Source: a virus
Taxonomy: Duplodnaviria > Caudoviricetes
Length of the DNA stretch: 44,899 bases
IMG/VR virus record: IMGVR_UViG_3300022538_000532
Location: 1-44,899 of that record
Strand: one strand, 5' to 3'
The notes below the pieces were generated by a model. The model made no database searches, was not told where the DNA came from, and saw only the letters and a program-made list of their open reading frames with translations. Positions within the stretch are counted from its first letter, which is position 1; every line of letters starts with the position of its first letter. Shown piece by piece: positions 35,477-44,506 of this stretch. Both the position numbers and the translations under genes were made by a program.

Positions 35477-36322
35477 TTACTTTAATTTTCCTGCCATATA
35501 ACTATTATAAACTTCCTTTGGTACAGTATGCAATAAATCCTCAGGCATACTATCAATCTTTGCCGCAGTCCAACCGGAAGTAGATCCTCCACTACCTCCC
35601 ATTCCAACTACTGAAGGAGGAGCATCTACAGGAGTTCTGGTTTTTGCTGCAGTTTCTGTAGCAGTAAATTTCGGATGATATTCCTTAATCAGTCCATGCA
35701 TATACTTATAAGGATTTGACATTCTCCAAACTTCAGCCTCAACTCCTAAAATAACTTCATCAAAATTTCCTCCTTCTTTATTAACAATCTCTCCTGCGAT
35801 CATTTCAAAGATGTCATCGAAATTTTGCCTCGTACAAATTTGCTTTATATCGTTATATTTCTGAGTCTCAGCCATTGCATCTACCATGATGTCGAGAGAG
35901 CCAGCTCGCTCTTGTCCGATAGTATGAATTTCTTCCTGAAGATTTTCTATTATAGAGAGTTGAACTGGAGTTTTTTCTTTTTCTTCTTCTTCGTAATCAT
36001 TTTCATCAGTAGTAACTTCCTGTCCTTGCTGTTCGAGCCTATCACCTTTGGCTTTCAGCGTTGCAATCTCTCTTTTTTGTTCCCTAAGGAATTGCCTTAA
36101 CTCACTGATTTCTTCCGCCGGATCATATTTTGAAGTTGCATTTGCGTTCCCAGTAGATATATCCCCGGAATTATTATCACCAGTAGAATCAGTAAACTCA
36201 CTACCTTCAGAATCTCCATTTTCATTCCCTTCTTCTTCGGTACCTTCAAGCGTAGTTTCTATTTTATTCCCTTCTTCTAAACCAACCTCTTGCGTACCTT
36301 CTTCAATAATTTCTTCAGACAT
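35477..36322 (-). CDS. Putative scaffolding protein
   Basis: Acidic N-terminus, coiled coil, PPSV..MGG tail; between portal and MCP. Confidence 0.65.
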   Translation of the reverse strand: MSEEIIEEGTQEVGLEEGNKIETTLEGTEEEGNENGDSEGSEFTDSTGDNNSGDISTGNANATSKYDPAEEISELRQFLREQKREIATLKAKGDRLEQQGQEVTTDENDYEEEEKEKTPVQLSIIENLQEEIHTIGQERAGSLDIMVDAMAETQKYNDIKQICTRQNFDDIFEMIAGEIVNKEGGNFDEVILGVEAEVWRMSNPYKYMHGLIKEYHPKFTATETAAKTRTPVDAPPSVVGMGGSGGSTSGWTAAKIDSMPEDLLHTVPKEVYNSYMAGKLK

Positions 36323-36338
36323 TTATTTATCCTTTATG

Positions 36339-36623
36339 TTAAATTGTAATAGTAATTAATTTTCTTCCTTTAATAGCATCACCAGCAATTTTAACTTCGG
36401 GCACAAAGCAAACAGCTTCCGTTATTTGCTCTCCTTGCTGAGTCGTTACCTGTACAATACAACCAACTTCAGGTATTTCCATTGCCTTTGTTGACTTCAT
36501 CCAGCCTTCTTCTTGTGAACTGGCTTTACAAAGCAGTTGAAACATATCTACATTACCGAAAGTTTTTACATCTTTGACATTCTTTTTCGTACCTGAAATA
36601 TCTGAGTTATATAATGTTTTCAA
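36339..36623 (-). CDS. Conserved hypothetical phage protein
   Basis: TTG start after AGGAG; KASS..EGWMKSTKAMEI...GC.VQVTTQ. Confidence 0.7.
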   Translation of the reverse strand: MKTLYNSDISGTKKNVKDVKTFGNVDMFQLLCKASSQEEGWMKSTKAMEIPEVGCIVQVTTQQGEQITEAVCFVPEVKIAGDAIKGRKLITITI

Positions 36624-36624
36624 A

Positions 36625-38493
36625 TTATTTCTCCTTCTTCCTTTCTTCTTTTTTAGTTTCTTTTCGTTCTCTTGCTCCTGCATTAATTCGAGCAATTTCT
36701 TTTTTAGTCTCCATCTCCTCAAATTTAATCTGTTGGTCAGCTTCTATATTTCTTTGTTCTTGTTCTTGAGTCATTTGCTGAAATTGTTTTACTTTCTGCT
36801 TTGCTGAGAAAGGTACATCTGAGTAATCCAATATTATATCTGGTGGAATAGTTCCAGGATTATTCTGGGCAAAATCAGCAAGAATCTGTGCTATTGTCAT
36901 TTTCATCGAGGAAGTTTCTATATTTTCGTCAACCAGCATGTCATATTCAAGACTGCTAATATCATTAAATCCTGTTACTTGCTGATTCATTTGTGTATTT
37001 AACTGAGCTAATTGCATTCCTTCTTGACCTTCAATCCTGAAAAGTATAGGTTCTTTAATATATTGTTGAATTAAAGAAAGTAAAATTTTATTACCTGCTA
37101 ATCTACTCTTCTGAAAATTATCAAACAATGAATAAAGAACAGCTAAAGCAGTTTCCTTTCTAATCCTAACTGAAATTCCAGGTTCTCGAGAAGTAGTCTG
37201 AATCCCCATTAAGTCATTCTGAATACCAGAAACATCCTTCATAGCTTGCGTGCAAATCTGATCAAACTGAGAATAAATTGGACTTATTGGAGGCTGTGTT
37301 TGAAATCTAACTGTATCAATCTTTCCTGGAGCAAGTTCTAAATGAAAATTAGGTTCAGCACTTCTATCCTCATATTCCTCAATATTCAAAATACTCCCCG
37401 CTTCATGCATCAGAATCCCTTTAGGAAGTGTTTGCAGTAAATGAGAAAGTTGCCTCTTAAGTGTATTACTTGTTCTCTGAGGATCTTTCATCATACTTAC
37501 TACACTAAACCAGGCATTACTATCTTCTTCTTTATAAGCTCCGTAAAGTACTCCTGGAAATCGCTCCATAAAATAAGGACTTTTTCCCTTAGCAAATTCT
37601 ACGTCTCCAGAATAAATAATATAATAAATTTCTTCTTTAACTGAAGGATATCCCTGGACAGGTTCGTCTGTTTGAAAAATTTGTCCTCCTGGAAGTTCAA
37701 GTCCTTCCAATAATGAATTCTGAAAATCCTTAAATTCCTCTGGTTTCAACCATTCATCTTTTCCTGTAAGGGGATTAATAAAATAAACTACTGAAATAAA
37801 TTTCCTATGCCAGCATTCAACAAGTCTATATTTATTATTAGCCTCATTAAAATAAGTAACTTCTCCTGTCTGTCCTGCTTTACTTAAATTACTTATATCA
37901 ATCCCAGGCCATCTTCCTTTAATCTCATCTTCAGTAACCCAATTTTCTACAAAAATATATCTGGCATCACTTAAGTCCAATTCAATAGAATCAGGATCTA
38001 TATAAAAATGATTATAGCGAATTCTTTTACATTTAATTTCTGGCTTAAAAGGATTAAGAACATCAACATAATAATAAAGCATAGAACGTCCACATTTAAC
38101 TGTATGCTCAAAACAATTCACTTCTCTTGAAGCAATTCCCAATTTTTTCCTAAAGAAATTAAGTGCATGCATAGCAAGTTCAGCTAAAGCTTGATCCTCT
38201 CCTGAAACTGGAAGCACATTAGCTTCATGTTTAGTCTGTGCCGCTAAACCTACCAGCATATCAATCTTAGGTTTTACTTCATTAAAGACAGTACACGGTC
38301 TATTTTGTTTACTTAATGCGTCTTTAACTTCAATACTATCCTGATCTCCAGCATAAAATTTATAATCTTCAATAGCTGTATACCTAAAAGAAGTTTCAGG
38401 AGTAGACCTTTCTGCTTCAGCAAGCCATTCCTGCGCCTGAGTCAGTTCTGTACTTCTTTCTCCGTATCTGCTTTCTCGTTCTGCTAATGGCAT
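36625..38493 (-). CDS. Portal protein (P22-like)
   Basis: ED..FY.GDQ, RP....N...P.I, DP.S...D.SDARY, M.DPQ...N, G.SV; follows TerL. Confidence 0.85.
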   Translation of the reverse strand: MPLAERESRYGERSTELTQAQEWLAEAERSTPETSFRYTAIEDYKFYAGDQDSIEVKDALSKQNRPCTVFNEVKPKIDMLVGLAAQTKHEANVLPVSGEDQALAELAMHALNFFRKKLGIASREVNCFEHTVKCGRSMLYYYVDVLNPFKPEIKCKRIRYNHFYIDPDSIELDLSDARYIFVENWVTEDEIKGRWPGIDISNLSKAGQTGEVTYFNEANNKYRLVECWHRKFISVVYFINPLTGKDEWLKPEEFKDFQNSLLEGLELPGGQIFQTDEPVQGYPSVKEEIYYIIYSGDVEFAKGKSPYFMERFPGVLYGAYKEEDSNAWFSVVSMMKDPQRTSNTLKRQLSHLLQTLPKGILMHEAGSILNIEEYEDRSAEPNFHLELAPGKIDTVRFQTQPPISPIYSQFDQICTQAMKDVSGIQNDLMGIQTTSREPGISVRIRKETALAVLYSLFDNFQKSRLAGNKILLSLIQQYIKEPILFRIEGQEGMQLAQLNTQMNQQVTGFNDISSLEYDMLVDENIETSSMKMTIAQILADFAQNNPGTIPPDIILDYSDVPFSAKQKVKQFQQMTQEQEQRNIEADQQIKFEEMETKKEIARINAGARERKETKKEERKKEK

Positions 38494-38510
38494 TTACTTA
38501 ATCCCTAATT

Positions 38511-38530
38511 AAGAAAAGTCAATTATTAAC
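38511..38530 (+). promoter_or_regulatory. Dispersed 20-bp motif, copy 13
   Basis: AAGAAAAGTCAATTATTAAC, intergenic. Confidence 0.75.
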
Positions 38531-38539
38531 ATCTAAGTC

Positions 38540-38749
38540 CTATTCCGGAATTTCTTTTAATTTCCTTCTGCGTTCTAAAAGGGCCTTTCCTACTGGATGT
38601 TTTGGGGACAAAGCCGGTTTTCCAAAACGCTTAACAACTACTCGCCGAAGTCTTTGTAAGGCAGTTTCTTCTTCAGGTTTCTTTTTCTTTCTTTTTAGTA
38701 TATTACCGTTTGGGTAAGCGGAAGCTATTCCAGGTCTTGCGAGTGGCAT
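38540..38749 (-). CDS. Small basic hypothetical protein
   Basis: 69 aa, AAGGAG RBS. Confidence 0.6.
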   Translation of the reverse strand: MPLARPGIASAYPNGNILKRKKKKPEEETALQRLRRVVVKRFGKPALSPKHPVGKALLERRRKLKEIPE

Positions 38750-38770
38750 TTGGTTCTCCTTTATTTTTAA

Positions 38771-40219
38771 TTAACAATACATCCAAGAATTCCTATTAGA
38801 ATTTTTATCTCTTCTACTTTTTTTCGTTTTCTTTTTTGTCTCCCAAAGAGCATGAGCTACAGAACTAAAATATTCAGTCAAACAAAGAGCATCTGCTATA
38901 TTTGGAGACATAACTCCACGAGCTTTCATTTGTCTTTTACTCTCAACTACAATTCCTCCTTGTTTATTAAAATCGTAAGTAGGAGAGGAAAGTTCATTAC
39001 AAAGTTCATTTGAAAGTTCTCTTTCTTTTGCTGTAGAAGAAGGGAAAGAATAAACTCCGTTCATACATTTTTCCTTAACTCTAATCCAAAGTTCGTCACG
39101 GAGTCTGTCATATTTTGCTTTATCGCTTGAAGCTCTTGCGACGTTTACTCCGAAAGTATTTGTTCTTCCGTGTTTATAAAGCCAGTCAGTAACTCCAGCT
39201 CCTACACCAATCTCATCAATAGCGATTCCTTCAGCTTCTAAGTCTGAATAAGTCTGGTTGATAAAAGAGCCAAAATGAATTGTATTCATTCCTTTGTAAC
39301 TTTCCCAAGGATAAATTTTAACCCCCTTTCTGGGAAGAATAATTGACTTATCATCACCATAACGAGCTACATCAACGCCGAGGAAAAGAGGTTCGTCCTC
39401 AGCAATTTCTGGTGTATCCTCAATATCTTTAATACACTGAAGAGACCAAGAAAGAGGAATTAAAGTATTCTCGTCATCAAGTGGAGGTTCACCGGCAACA
39501 CGAATCCTGAATACATTTGAATCTTCTCCGTATTTAAGTTTAAAATAATTAACCATATCAGGATGGACATTAGTTGATTTCCTTGAATCCCAATGAAGTT
39601 TTTTCCAAGAAGAACTAAGTTTAGGATCAAATTGAGTTTCGTGAAAATAACCTATATTCTTAGTTGGATTTCCTATAAGAAGAACTTTGTTATCTTCTTG
39701 CGTCATAGCTCCTTCAAGAGGAATAAAGACAGGATCTGGAATACCGCTTGCCTCATCACAGATTATTAACATATGATCAGCATGGAAGCCAGCGAGAGTT
39801 TCTGCTTGATCTTCCTTAGATGCTTTTACAGAAGGAGATACTGCTCTACACCACCATTCTTTAGGAGCGTCTTTATGAAACATTTTATCTTTCTGGATAA
39901 TAAATTCGTCTTTGAGAATTGACTTTCTAAGCCATTTACTTAATTCACTCCAAAGAACATCATTTAATTGCCTCCAAGTTGGGGCGGTACAAACTACTCT
40001 TGGGTAAGGTCTTGTTGACATGAACCAGAGAATAGCCCAACTCGCCAGTGCATCTTTGCCTGTTCCATGTCCTGAACGAATAGAAACTCTTTTATTTTTA
40101 GCAATGGCAATTAGGCCCTCAGCCTGTTGACTGCTTGGAGTTACTTCGATACATTCCTTCACGAATAAAAGAGGAGATCGTTGCCATTCTTTAAGTTTTT
40201 CTGTTATTCTTGAGTTCAT
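38771..40219 (-). CDS. terL: Terminase large subunit
   Basis: SGHGTGKD Walker A, TAPT, ICDEAS Walker B, GNPT, GVDVAR.GDD, IDEIG.G, SPN.ADA nuclease motifs. Confidence 0.95.
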   Translation of the reverse strand: MNSRITEKLKEWQRSPLLFVKECIEVTPSSQQAEGLIAIAKNKRVSIRSGHGTGKDALASWAILWFMSTRPYPRVVCTAPTWRQLNDVLWSELSKWLRKSILKDEFIIQKDKMFHKDAPKEWWCRAVSPSVKASKEDQAETLAGFHADHMLIICDEASGIPDPVFIPLEGAMTQEDNKVLLIGNPTKNIGYFHETQFDPKLSSSWKKLHWDSRKSTNVHPDMVNYFKLKYGEDSNVFRIRVAGEPPLDDENTLIPLSWSLQCIKDIEDTPEIAEDEPLFLGVDVARYGDDKSIILPRKGVKIYPWESYKGMNTIHFGSFINQTYSDLEAEGIAIDEIGVGAGVTDWLYKHGRTNTFGVNVARASSDKAKYDRLRDELWIRVKEKCMNGVYSFPSSTAKERELSNELCNELSSPTYDFNKQGGIVVESKRQMKARGVMSPNIADALCLTEYFSSVAHALWETKKKTKKSRRDKNSNRNSWMYC

Positions 40220-40222
40220 ATT

Positions 40223-40525
40223 TTAAGATAAAAGAAGTATTTTATAACTAACTGTAAGTAATCCTGCAGCAACAGGAACTGTTATATACCAAAGATTCTT
40301 TATTTGATTCCGTGGACAACTTGCTTGATGTTCTTTAATATCTGAAATTATTCCTCCTGCGCAAAGAAGTTTTCGTATATCCTTTTGGAGTCTACTGGTT
40401 TGCTCTTCTAAATTATTAAGCCTTTCATGCTGAACAGCAACCGCAGTTAAAGCTTCTGTGATATGATCAAGTTTGGAATCTTGATTCTCAAGGATTTTTT
40501 CTATATTTAAAAGTCTTTTTTCCAT
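40223..40525 (-). CDS. Coiled-coil protein with C-terminal TM (holin-like)
   Basis: Heptad region then LWYITVPVAAGLLTVSY. Confidence 0.45.
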   Translation of the reverse strand: MEKRLLNIEKILENQDSKLDHITEALTAVAVQHERLNNLEEQTSRLQKDIRKLLCAGGIISDIKEHQASCPRNQIKNLWYITVPVAAGLLTVSYKILLLS

Positions 40526-40529
40526 AAGT

Positions 40530-41069
40530 TTAGTAAAGATATGCGGTATATCTCATGCTAACAGTTAATAAAACTGGTTCAGCCAAAGTAAGTGCACTTG
40601 GAGTTATTGAACTTACTTTAATATATAAAAAATTTTTATCTTCTTGTACACTTGCATTTAAAATAGTTAAACTGTTATCCGCTTGATATGCAATATGAGT
40701 AGTTGTTCCGGCATCATCATAAGTATCTTCAGCGGATAATGTACCATCTGGTGTAGCATATGCGATATCATAACCGATATCAGTAAAATAATACTCAACT
40801 TGCCATTTAACTTTATTACCACTTTGATCTGTATCTTGCGATTTTGTCCAATTTAAGCAAAATCTTATATCACTACCAGGTACCCAATCTACAGGTTTTC
40901 TATATTTAATAATAATATAATCATTATCTACAGTAAATTGTTGAGCTATTGTAAGTGGAAATACTATAAGTGTAGGTGCACCAGCTCCTGTAGTCTTTAC
41001 TTGTGCAGCAGATATAACTTCGCAACCTGTTCCAGTTTGTCTTGGAATATTTTCAATTACATGCCCCAT
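40530..41069 (-). CDS. Putative virion protein
   Basis: 179 aa, beta-rich, P.DW..G..I motif. Confidence 0.55.
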   Translation of the reverse strand: MGHVIENIPRQTGTGCEVISAAQVKTTGAGAPTLIVFPLTIAQQFTVDNDYIIIKYRKPVDWVPGSDIRFCLNWTKSQDTDQSGNKVKWQVEYYFTDIGYDIAYATPDGTLSAEDTYDDAGTTTHIAYQADNSLTILNASVQEDKNFLYIKVSSITPSALTLAEPVLLTVSMRYTAYLY

Positions 41070-41078
41070 TAGAATCTC

Positions 41079-41402
41079 CTATTTAAGTAAATGTACAGCT
41101 AAAGTTCCACTTACTGCATTAGCATAGCCAATTACTGTACTTTCAGTAGCTATCAAATCCATGGACAGTGCTGAATAAGGAATATAAGGAACTGTTACTT
41201 GATCTGTATGACTGAAAAGAAATTCACTTGAATCCTGCATTTTAATAGAAACTGCTTTACATTCCTGTCCAGAAGGAATAGTTATAGCTACATAAGAACC
41301 AGTCATACTAACAGTAAATACATGACTGATTGTACCGCCTTGAATTGCATTTCCACTATTCCTATCTAAAGGAAGTGGTTTTAATCCCTTATGAACATCC
41401 AT
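41079..41402 (-). CDS. Hypothetical (putative virion) protein
   Basis: 107-aa ORF with RBS. Confidence 0.6.
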   Translation of the reverse strand: MDVHKGLKPLPLDRNSGNAIQGGTISHVFTVSMTGSYVAITIPSGQECKAVSIKMQDSSEFLFSHTDQVTVPYIPYSALSMDLIATESTVIGYANAVSGTLAVHLLK

Positions 41403-41421
41403 TTCTTCTTAATTCCTTTTT

Positions 41422-41441
41422 AAGAAAAGTCAATAGTTAAC
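41422..41441 (+). promoter_or_regulatory. Dispersed 20-bp motif, copy 14
   Basis: AAGAAAAGTCAATAGTTAAC, overlapping a stop codon. Confidence 0.75.
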
Positions 41442-41763
41442 TTCTAAGATTTCTTTTAACTACTGTCCAAGTTGTTGAGGAGAAGTCCTTTGTAGGAATG
41501 AATACTTTTACCTCGTCGCAAAGAACAGTGATTCGTTTGTAGTCAGCCTGAATTATATTTCCATCTATAAAGCCGGTTGAAGTAGAAAGACGAAGTCTGG
41601 TTCCTATTGAGATATTAAGGTTGTTTTTAAAGTCTCTCCATGCGACTATTTTAATAGCGAGTGACTCAGCGATTTTCTTAATTATTAAAGCAGAGACTAC
41701 AGAAGTAAAACCAATTCCGAAAGTAAGGAAAGCTTCTGCGTTTATTGCTGTAATAAAGTCCAT
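41437..41763 (-). CDS. Membrane protein with MscS beta-domain-like C-terminus
   Basis: N-terminal TM; IG..L......G.I......I........FIP..F pattern. Confidence 0.5.
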   Translation of the reverse strand: MDFITAINAEAFLTFGIGFTSVVSALIIKKIAESLAIKIVAWRDFKNNLNISIGTRLRLSTSTGFIDGNIIQADYKRITVLCDEVKVFIPTKDFSSTTWTVVKRNLRS

Positions 41764-41907
41764 TTAAGATTGATTCCTTTTCTTTTCTCTTGATGGTTTC
41801 CAGCCGGTTCTTCTTAAAGTTCCGTATATGTAACGCTGAAGAAGTTCTCCCGTGAATCCCTTTTTCTTTCCTCTTCTTTTAAGTTCTTCTTCGAGTTTCT
41901 TAGGCAT
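41764..41907 (-). CDS. Small basic protein (47 aa, MPKKLEEELKRRG...)
   Basis: Manually translated; AAGGA RBS; fills the gap in the operon. Confidence 0.6.
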   Translation of the reverse strand: MPKKLEEELKRRGKKKGFTGELLQRYIYGTLRRTGWKPSREKKRNQS

Positions 41908-41921
41908 TCTTTCCTTTTCCT

Positions 41922-42392
41922 TTAAAGATCTGGGAGATATTCAGTACTAGTTATTTCTTTAGAAGTTTCATTAACCTCTTCGAGAAGTTCTGTATCAACA
42001 GGTTTTGCTAAGGCTATTTCTTCCTTTTCTATATTTATTAAGTATGAAACAAGACCTTTAACCTCAGTCGGTTTTCCTTCAACTACAAGTTCTTTGTCTT
42101 TAAGGATCTTAAAAGCAGTAACGAGGTCTTTAAGATCAGCCTGTTCTATCTTTTCCGGAGTTATATTTTCTAAAATCCTGGCTTGAAGCTCTGTTAATTG
42201 CAGGCTTTGAAGGGTTCTGTATTGAAGTAGAAGTCCCTGTTTTTCCTGAATATCAGCTATCCGCCTGGAAAGAGTTGGAATAGAAATCCCAAGTTCTGAA
42301 GCCATTTGCTTCTGATTAAGACCCCGAATGGCAAGATCATAAACTGTTTCTGTATCTAAATTTACTTGAGGTCTGCCCATGTTAAATTCCAT
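41922..42392 (-). CDS. HTH protein, probable terminase small subunit
   Basis: GRP...GLNQKQMASELGISIPTLSRR HTH; first gene of the late arm. Confidence 0.55.
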   Translation of the reverse strand: MEFNMGRPQVNLDTETVYDLAIRGLNQKQMASELGISIPTLSRRIADIQEKQGLLLQYRTLQSLQLTELQARILENITPEKIEQADLKDLVTAFKILKDKELVVEGKPTEVKGLVSYLINIEKEEIALAKPVDTELLEEVNETSKEITSTEYLPDL

Positions 42393-42426
42393 TTATTAAT
42401 CAATTTCTACCAATTCATTTACCTCC

Positions 42427-42455
42427 ATCATACCAAATCCATTCTCAGATGTCAA
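42427..42455 (-). promoter_or_regulatory. Sigma70-type promoter driving the structural arm
   Basis: Minus strand TTGACA-17 nt-TATGAT. Confidence 0.75.
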
Positions 42456-42541
42456 GGATAAAATTCTCAGTAATACATATTATTTATTTTCAGTTTAGTT
42501 TAGCTATCCCAGAGCCGATCAAGCTTCGCATCAGCTGGTTT

Positions 42542-42561
42542 GTTATTTATTGACTTTTCTT
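42542..42561 (-). promoter_or_regulatory. Dispersed 20-bp motif, copy 15
   Basis: Reverse complement AAGAAAAGTCAATAAATAAC. Confidence 0.75.
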
Positions 42562-42682
42562 ATTTGTAATCTAAGTATTTAGTGCCGCCGGTAGTTGGGT
42601 TTAAATCTTTTCTTATTTGTTTTTAAGTAGTTAAGTTTTAAAATTTACTCTTCTGTAAAAAAGGTGTCGATCATCATATGTC

Positions 42683-42766
42683 GGGAGTGCCGGTGGGGCT
42701 GGGTGGGGTAGTAAGGGATTTTATGGGAATGGGAGGTTTTAGGGATTTGGCTGAGTTTTGAAGGGA
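42683..42766 (+). other. G-tract cluster (G-quadruplex-capable)
   Basis: Nine runs of 3 or more G within 84 nt. Confidence 0.6.
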
Positions 42767-42805
42767 GTTAGAATGTATAATAATTTCAATAGGTTAGAGA
42801 AGGAC

Positions 42806-42833
42806 TTGACAAAAGAATTTGATTTGATATGAT
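42806..42833 (+). promoter_or_regulatory. Sigma70-type early promoter
   Basis: TTGACA-16 nt-TATGAT with extended -10 TG. Confidence 0.65.
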
Positions 42834-42843
42834 GGAGTCAAGT

Positions 42844-42878
42844 TCAAAACGGTTGTTTGTTTTGATGTTCTTTTACAA
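42844..42878 (+). promoter_or_regulatory. boxB-like hairpin + boxA-like antitermination site
   Basis: TCAAAAC...GTTTTGA hairpin then TGTTCTTTTACAA (E. coli rrn boxA is TGCTCTTTAACA). Confidence 0.5.
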
Positions 42879-42882
42879 TTTG

Positions 42883-43162
42883 TTTAGTTTATGTTCTTAT
42901 TAAGTCCTCGGGATGCATGGAGGGTTTGATATGAAAAAGAAAATATCTATTAAGGATAAGGCCGGAAGTTTGGTCAGGGCAGGTTTACCTAAAGAAGAAC
43001 TGTTTAAATTCTTTGATAGAACTAATCGAGATATTGTTGATTATATTGGATTGTTTGGATTTTTTGGTGTAGGTCAGGATGTTATTTGGGATCTTTACGA
43101 AGAATGGCAAATAATTTAAATTGATTAATTTTCCCGAGGGTTTAATAAAGACATGAACTAAA
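42883..43162 (+). repeat. 31-bp inverted repeat (42883-42913 / 43132-43162) enclosing a gene
   Basis: 26/31 Watson-Crick pairs, plus 4 G-U and 1 C-A on the + strand. Confidence 0.85.
42931..43119 (+). CDS. Hypothetical early protein
   Basis: Start moved to MKKKIS after GGAGG RBS. Confidence 0.65.
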   Translation: MKKKISIKDKAGSLVRAGLPKEELFKFFDRTNRDIVDYIGLFGFFGVGQDVIWDLYEEWQII

Positions 43163-43174
43163 TGAATAATTTGT

Positions 43175-43203
43175 TTGACATTAGTTGGATGATGTTGTAG
43201 GAT
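43175..43203 (+). promoter_or_regulatory. Sigma70-type early promoter
   Basis: TTGACA-17 nt-TAGGAT. Confidence 0.7.
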
Positions 43204-43310
43204 GTTAGACAAGTTAAACGGTGTTGGATGTCAATGGCATTCATCGGAATCAATCATGCGTAACGGCATGGGCAATGACACGGAAATGGTCGTGTGGGTT
43301 CCAAATAGCC

Positions 43311-43323
43311 GATTCTTTGACAA
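43311..43323 (+). promoter_or_regulatory. boxA-like site
   Basis: GATTCTTTGACAA just before the next long stem; same arrangement as 42866. Confidence 0.5.
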
Positions 43324-43327
43324 TTAG

Positions 43328-43720
43328 AATGGAATACATAATGGGCGTCATGGTTATAAATGAATGACCGTGTGCGGGCAATTTGGGCGTTTAAATGAAA
43401 TGTATGCGTCAAAACCGTCTAATCACGAAAGGATTTCAATGGCCAAACCAAAAAGAGAACTTACATATACCGGAATAAAAGACTTTAAAAAGATGAAAAC
43501 ATATAAGAAAAATGGTAAGAAACGCCTTAAAGTTAGTTTTATAGGTATGAAAGAACAAATAGTTATTCCCGGAATTATTACAGCAGTTTATTACGACGAA
43601 AATAAAAAGGGAATGACTATTGTGGTGAAGGATTAAATTGTAAGATTAATACACAAAACGTCCATATTTGCGGTTTAACGGTATCGGTCATTGACCATGA
43701 TACCCATTATGTATTCCATT
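43328..43720 (+). repeat. 27-bp inverted repeat (43328-43354 / 43694-43720) with inner extensions, enclosing a gene
   Basis: 25/27 match; extra helices 43363-43370/43685-43692 and 43381-43392/43656-43667. Confidence 0.85.
43439..43636 (+). CDS. Hypothetical early protein
   Basis: Start moved to MAKPKR after AAGGA RBS. Confidence 0.6.
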   Translation: MAKPKRELTYTGIKDFKKMKTYKKNGKKRLKVSFIGMKEQIVIPGIITAVYYDENKKGMTIVVKD

Positions 43721-43899
43721 AGGAACGTCCGGTGTCGATGGGATTTGGACGTTTAAATCGGTATTGTAGAACGTACCGGCGGGAATAAACGGAATCGCCG
43801 AACGTAAATCGCAGGAATACCATAAATAATAGACAAAATTTTATAGGCTTAATTAAAGTCAGTCGTTTCCTTTTATCAAACAAAAAAGGAATAATAAAA

Positions 43900-44502
43900 A
43901 TGACTGAATTTAAAAACGAAAAAGAAAGCGGAATAGTAAAAAAAGGTTTTAAAGCTGGAGATTTCAAAACATATTCTTTAACAAAAGATGTAGAAAGTCT
44001 CTTCGAAAATAACTTCGACACAGCCAAAATAAATTGGATCGAACCAAGTTATGAAAAGGATTCTAAGGAAAGAAACTTAAGACTTGAATTTTGTAACCAA
44101 ATTTCTGGAGAAGAAAAAACTGAAGCAAGAATTTTGGTTTTATTTCACATGGATAAGTTCTGTCCTCAGTGGTATCAGCTTGATGGAATAAGTCGATTTG
44201 CAATGGTTTACGGCTTAAAACAGAAATTAGCAAGTGATATATCTTCCTTATCAAGAAAAACAAAATTCAAAAATCTTGAAGAAGAAAGACTCGAAAAAAT
44301 CCTTGATGTTTATGAAATGCTCTCTTTAGAAAGAACTTTATCAAGAAAAAGAAAAGCCGGGAAATCAAAGATTTCCAAAGATGAAATAGAAAGAAATAAA
44401 CTTCAGCAAATTTGGGATGATGCAACTCCTGAAATAAGAAACGCCTTAGCAAATATGCCAGATTTTATGCAATTCGTTGAAAAGGATTTGAGTAAAATGT
44501 AA
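43900..44502 (+). CDS. Hypothetical early protein (GLxxKL family; paralog of 6795)
   Basis: 200 aa, AAGGA RBS; YGLKQKLASD motif. Confidence 0.75.
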   Translation: MTEFKNEKESGIVKKGFKAGDFKTYSLTKDVESLFENNFDTAKINWIEPSYEKDSKERNLRLEFCNQISGEEKTEARILVLFHMDKFCPQWYQLDGISRFAMVYGLKQKLASDISSLSRKTKFKNLEEERLEKILDVYEMLSLERTLSRKRKAGKSKISKDEIERNKLQQIWDDATPEIRNALANMPDFMQFVEKDLSKM

Positions 44503-44506
44503 TTTT

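Noticed and set aside
39911-39930. Additional motif copy inside terL
   Set aside because: TAGAAAGTCAATTCTCAA is one base short between AGAAA and GTCAAT and has a poor right half, so it was not counted.
902-44452. Many antisense or overlapping ORFs in the track (e.g. 2545-2844, 4008-4304, 16445-16735, 23052-23351, 36048-36359, 43719-44027)
   Set aside because: They overlap better-supported genes on the other strand or frame, lack RBSs and have shadow-ORF composition.
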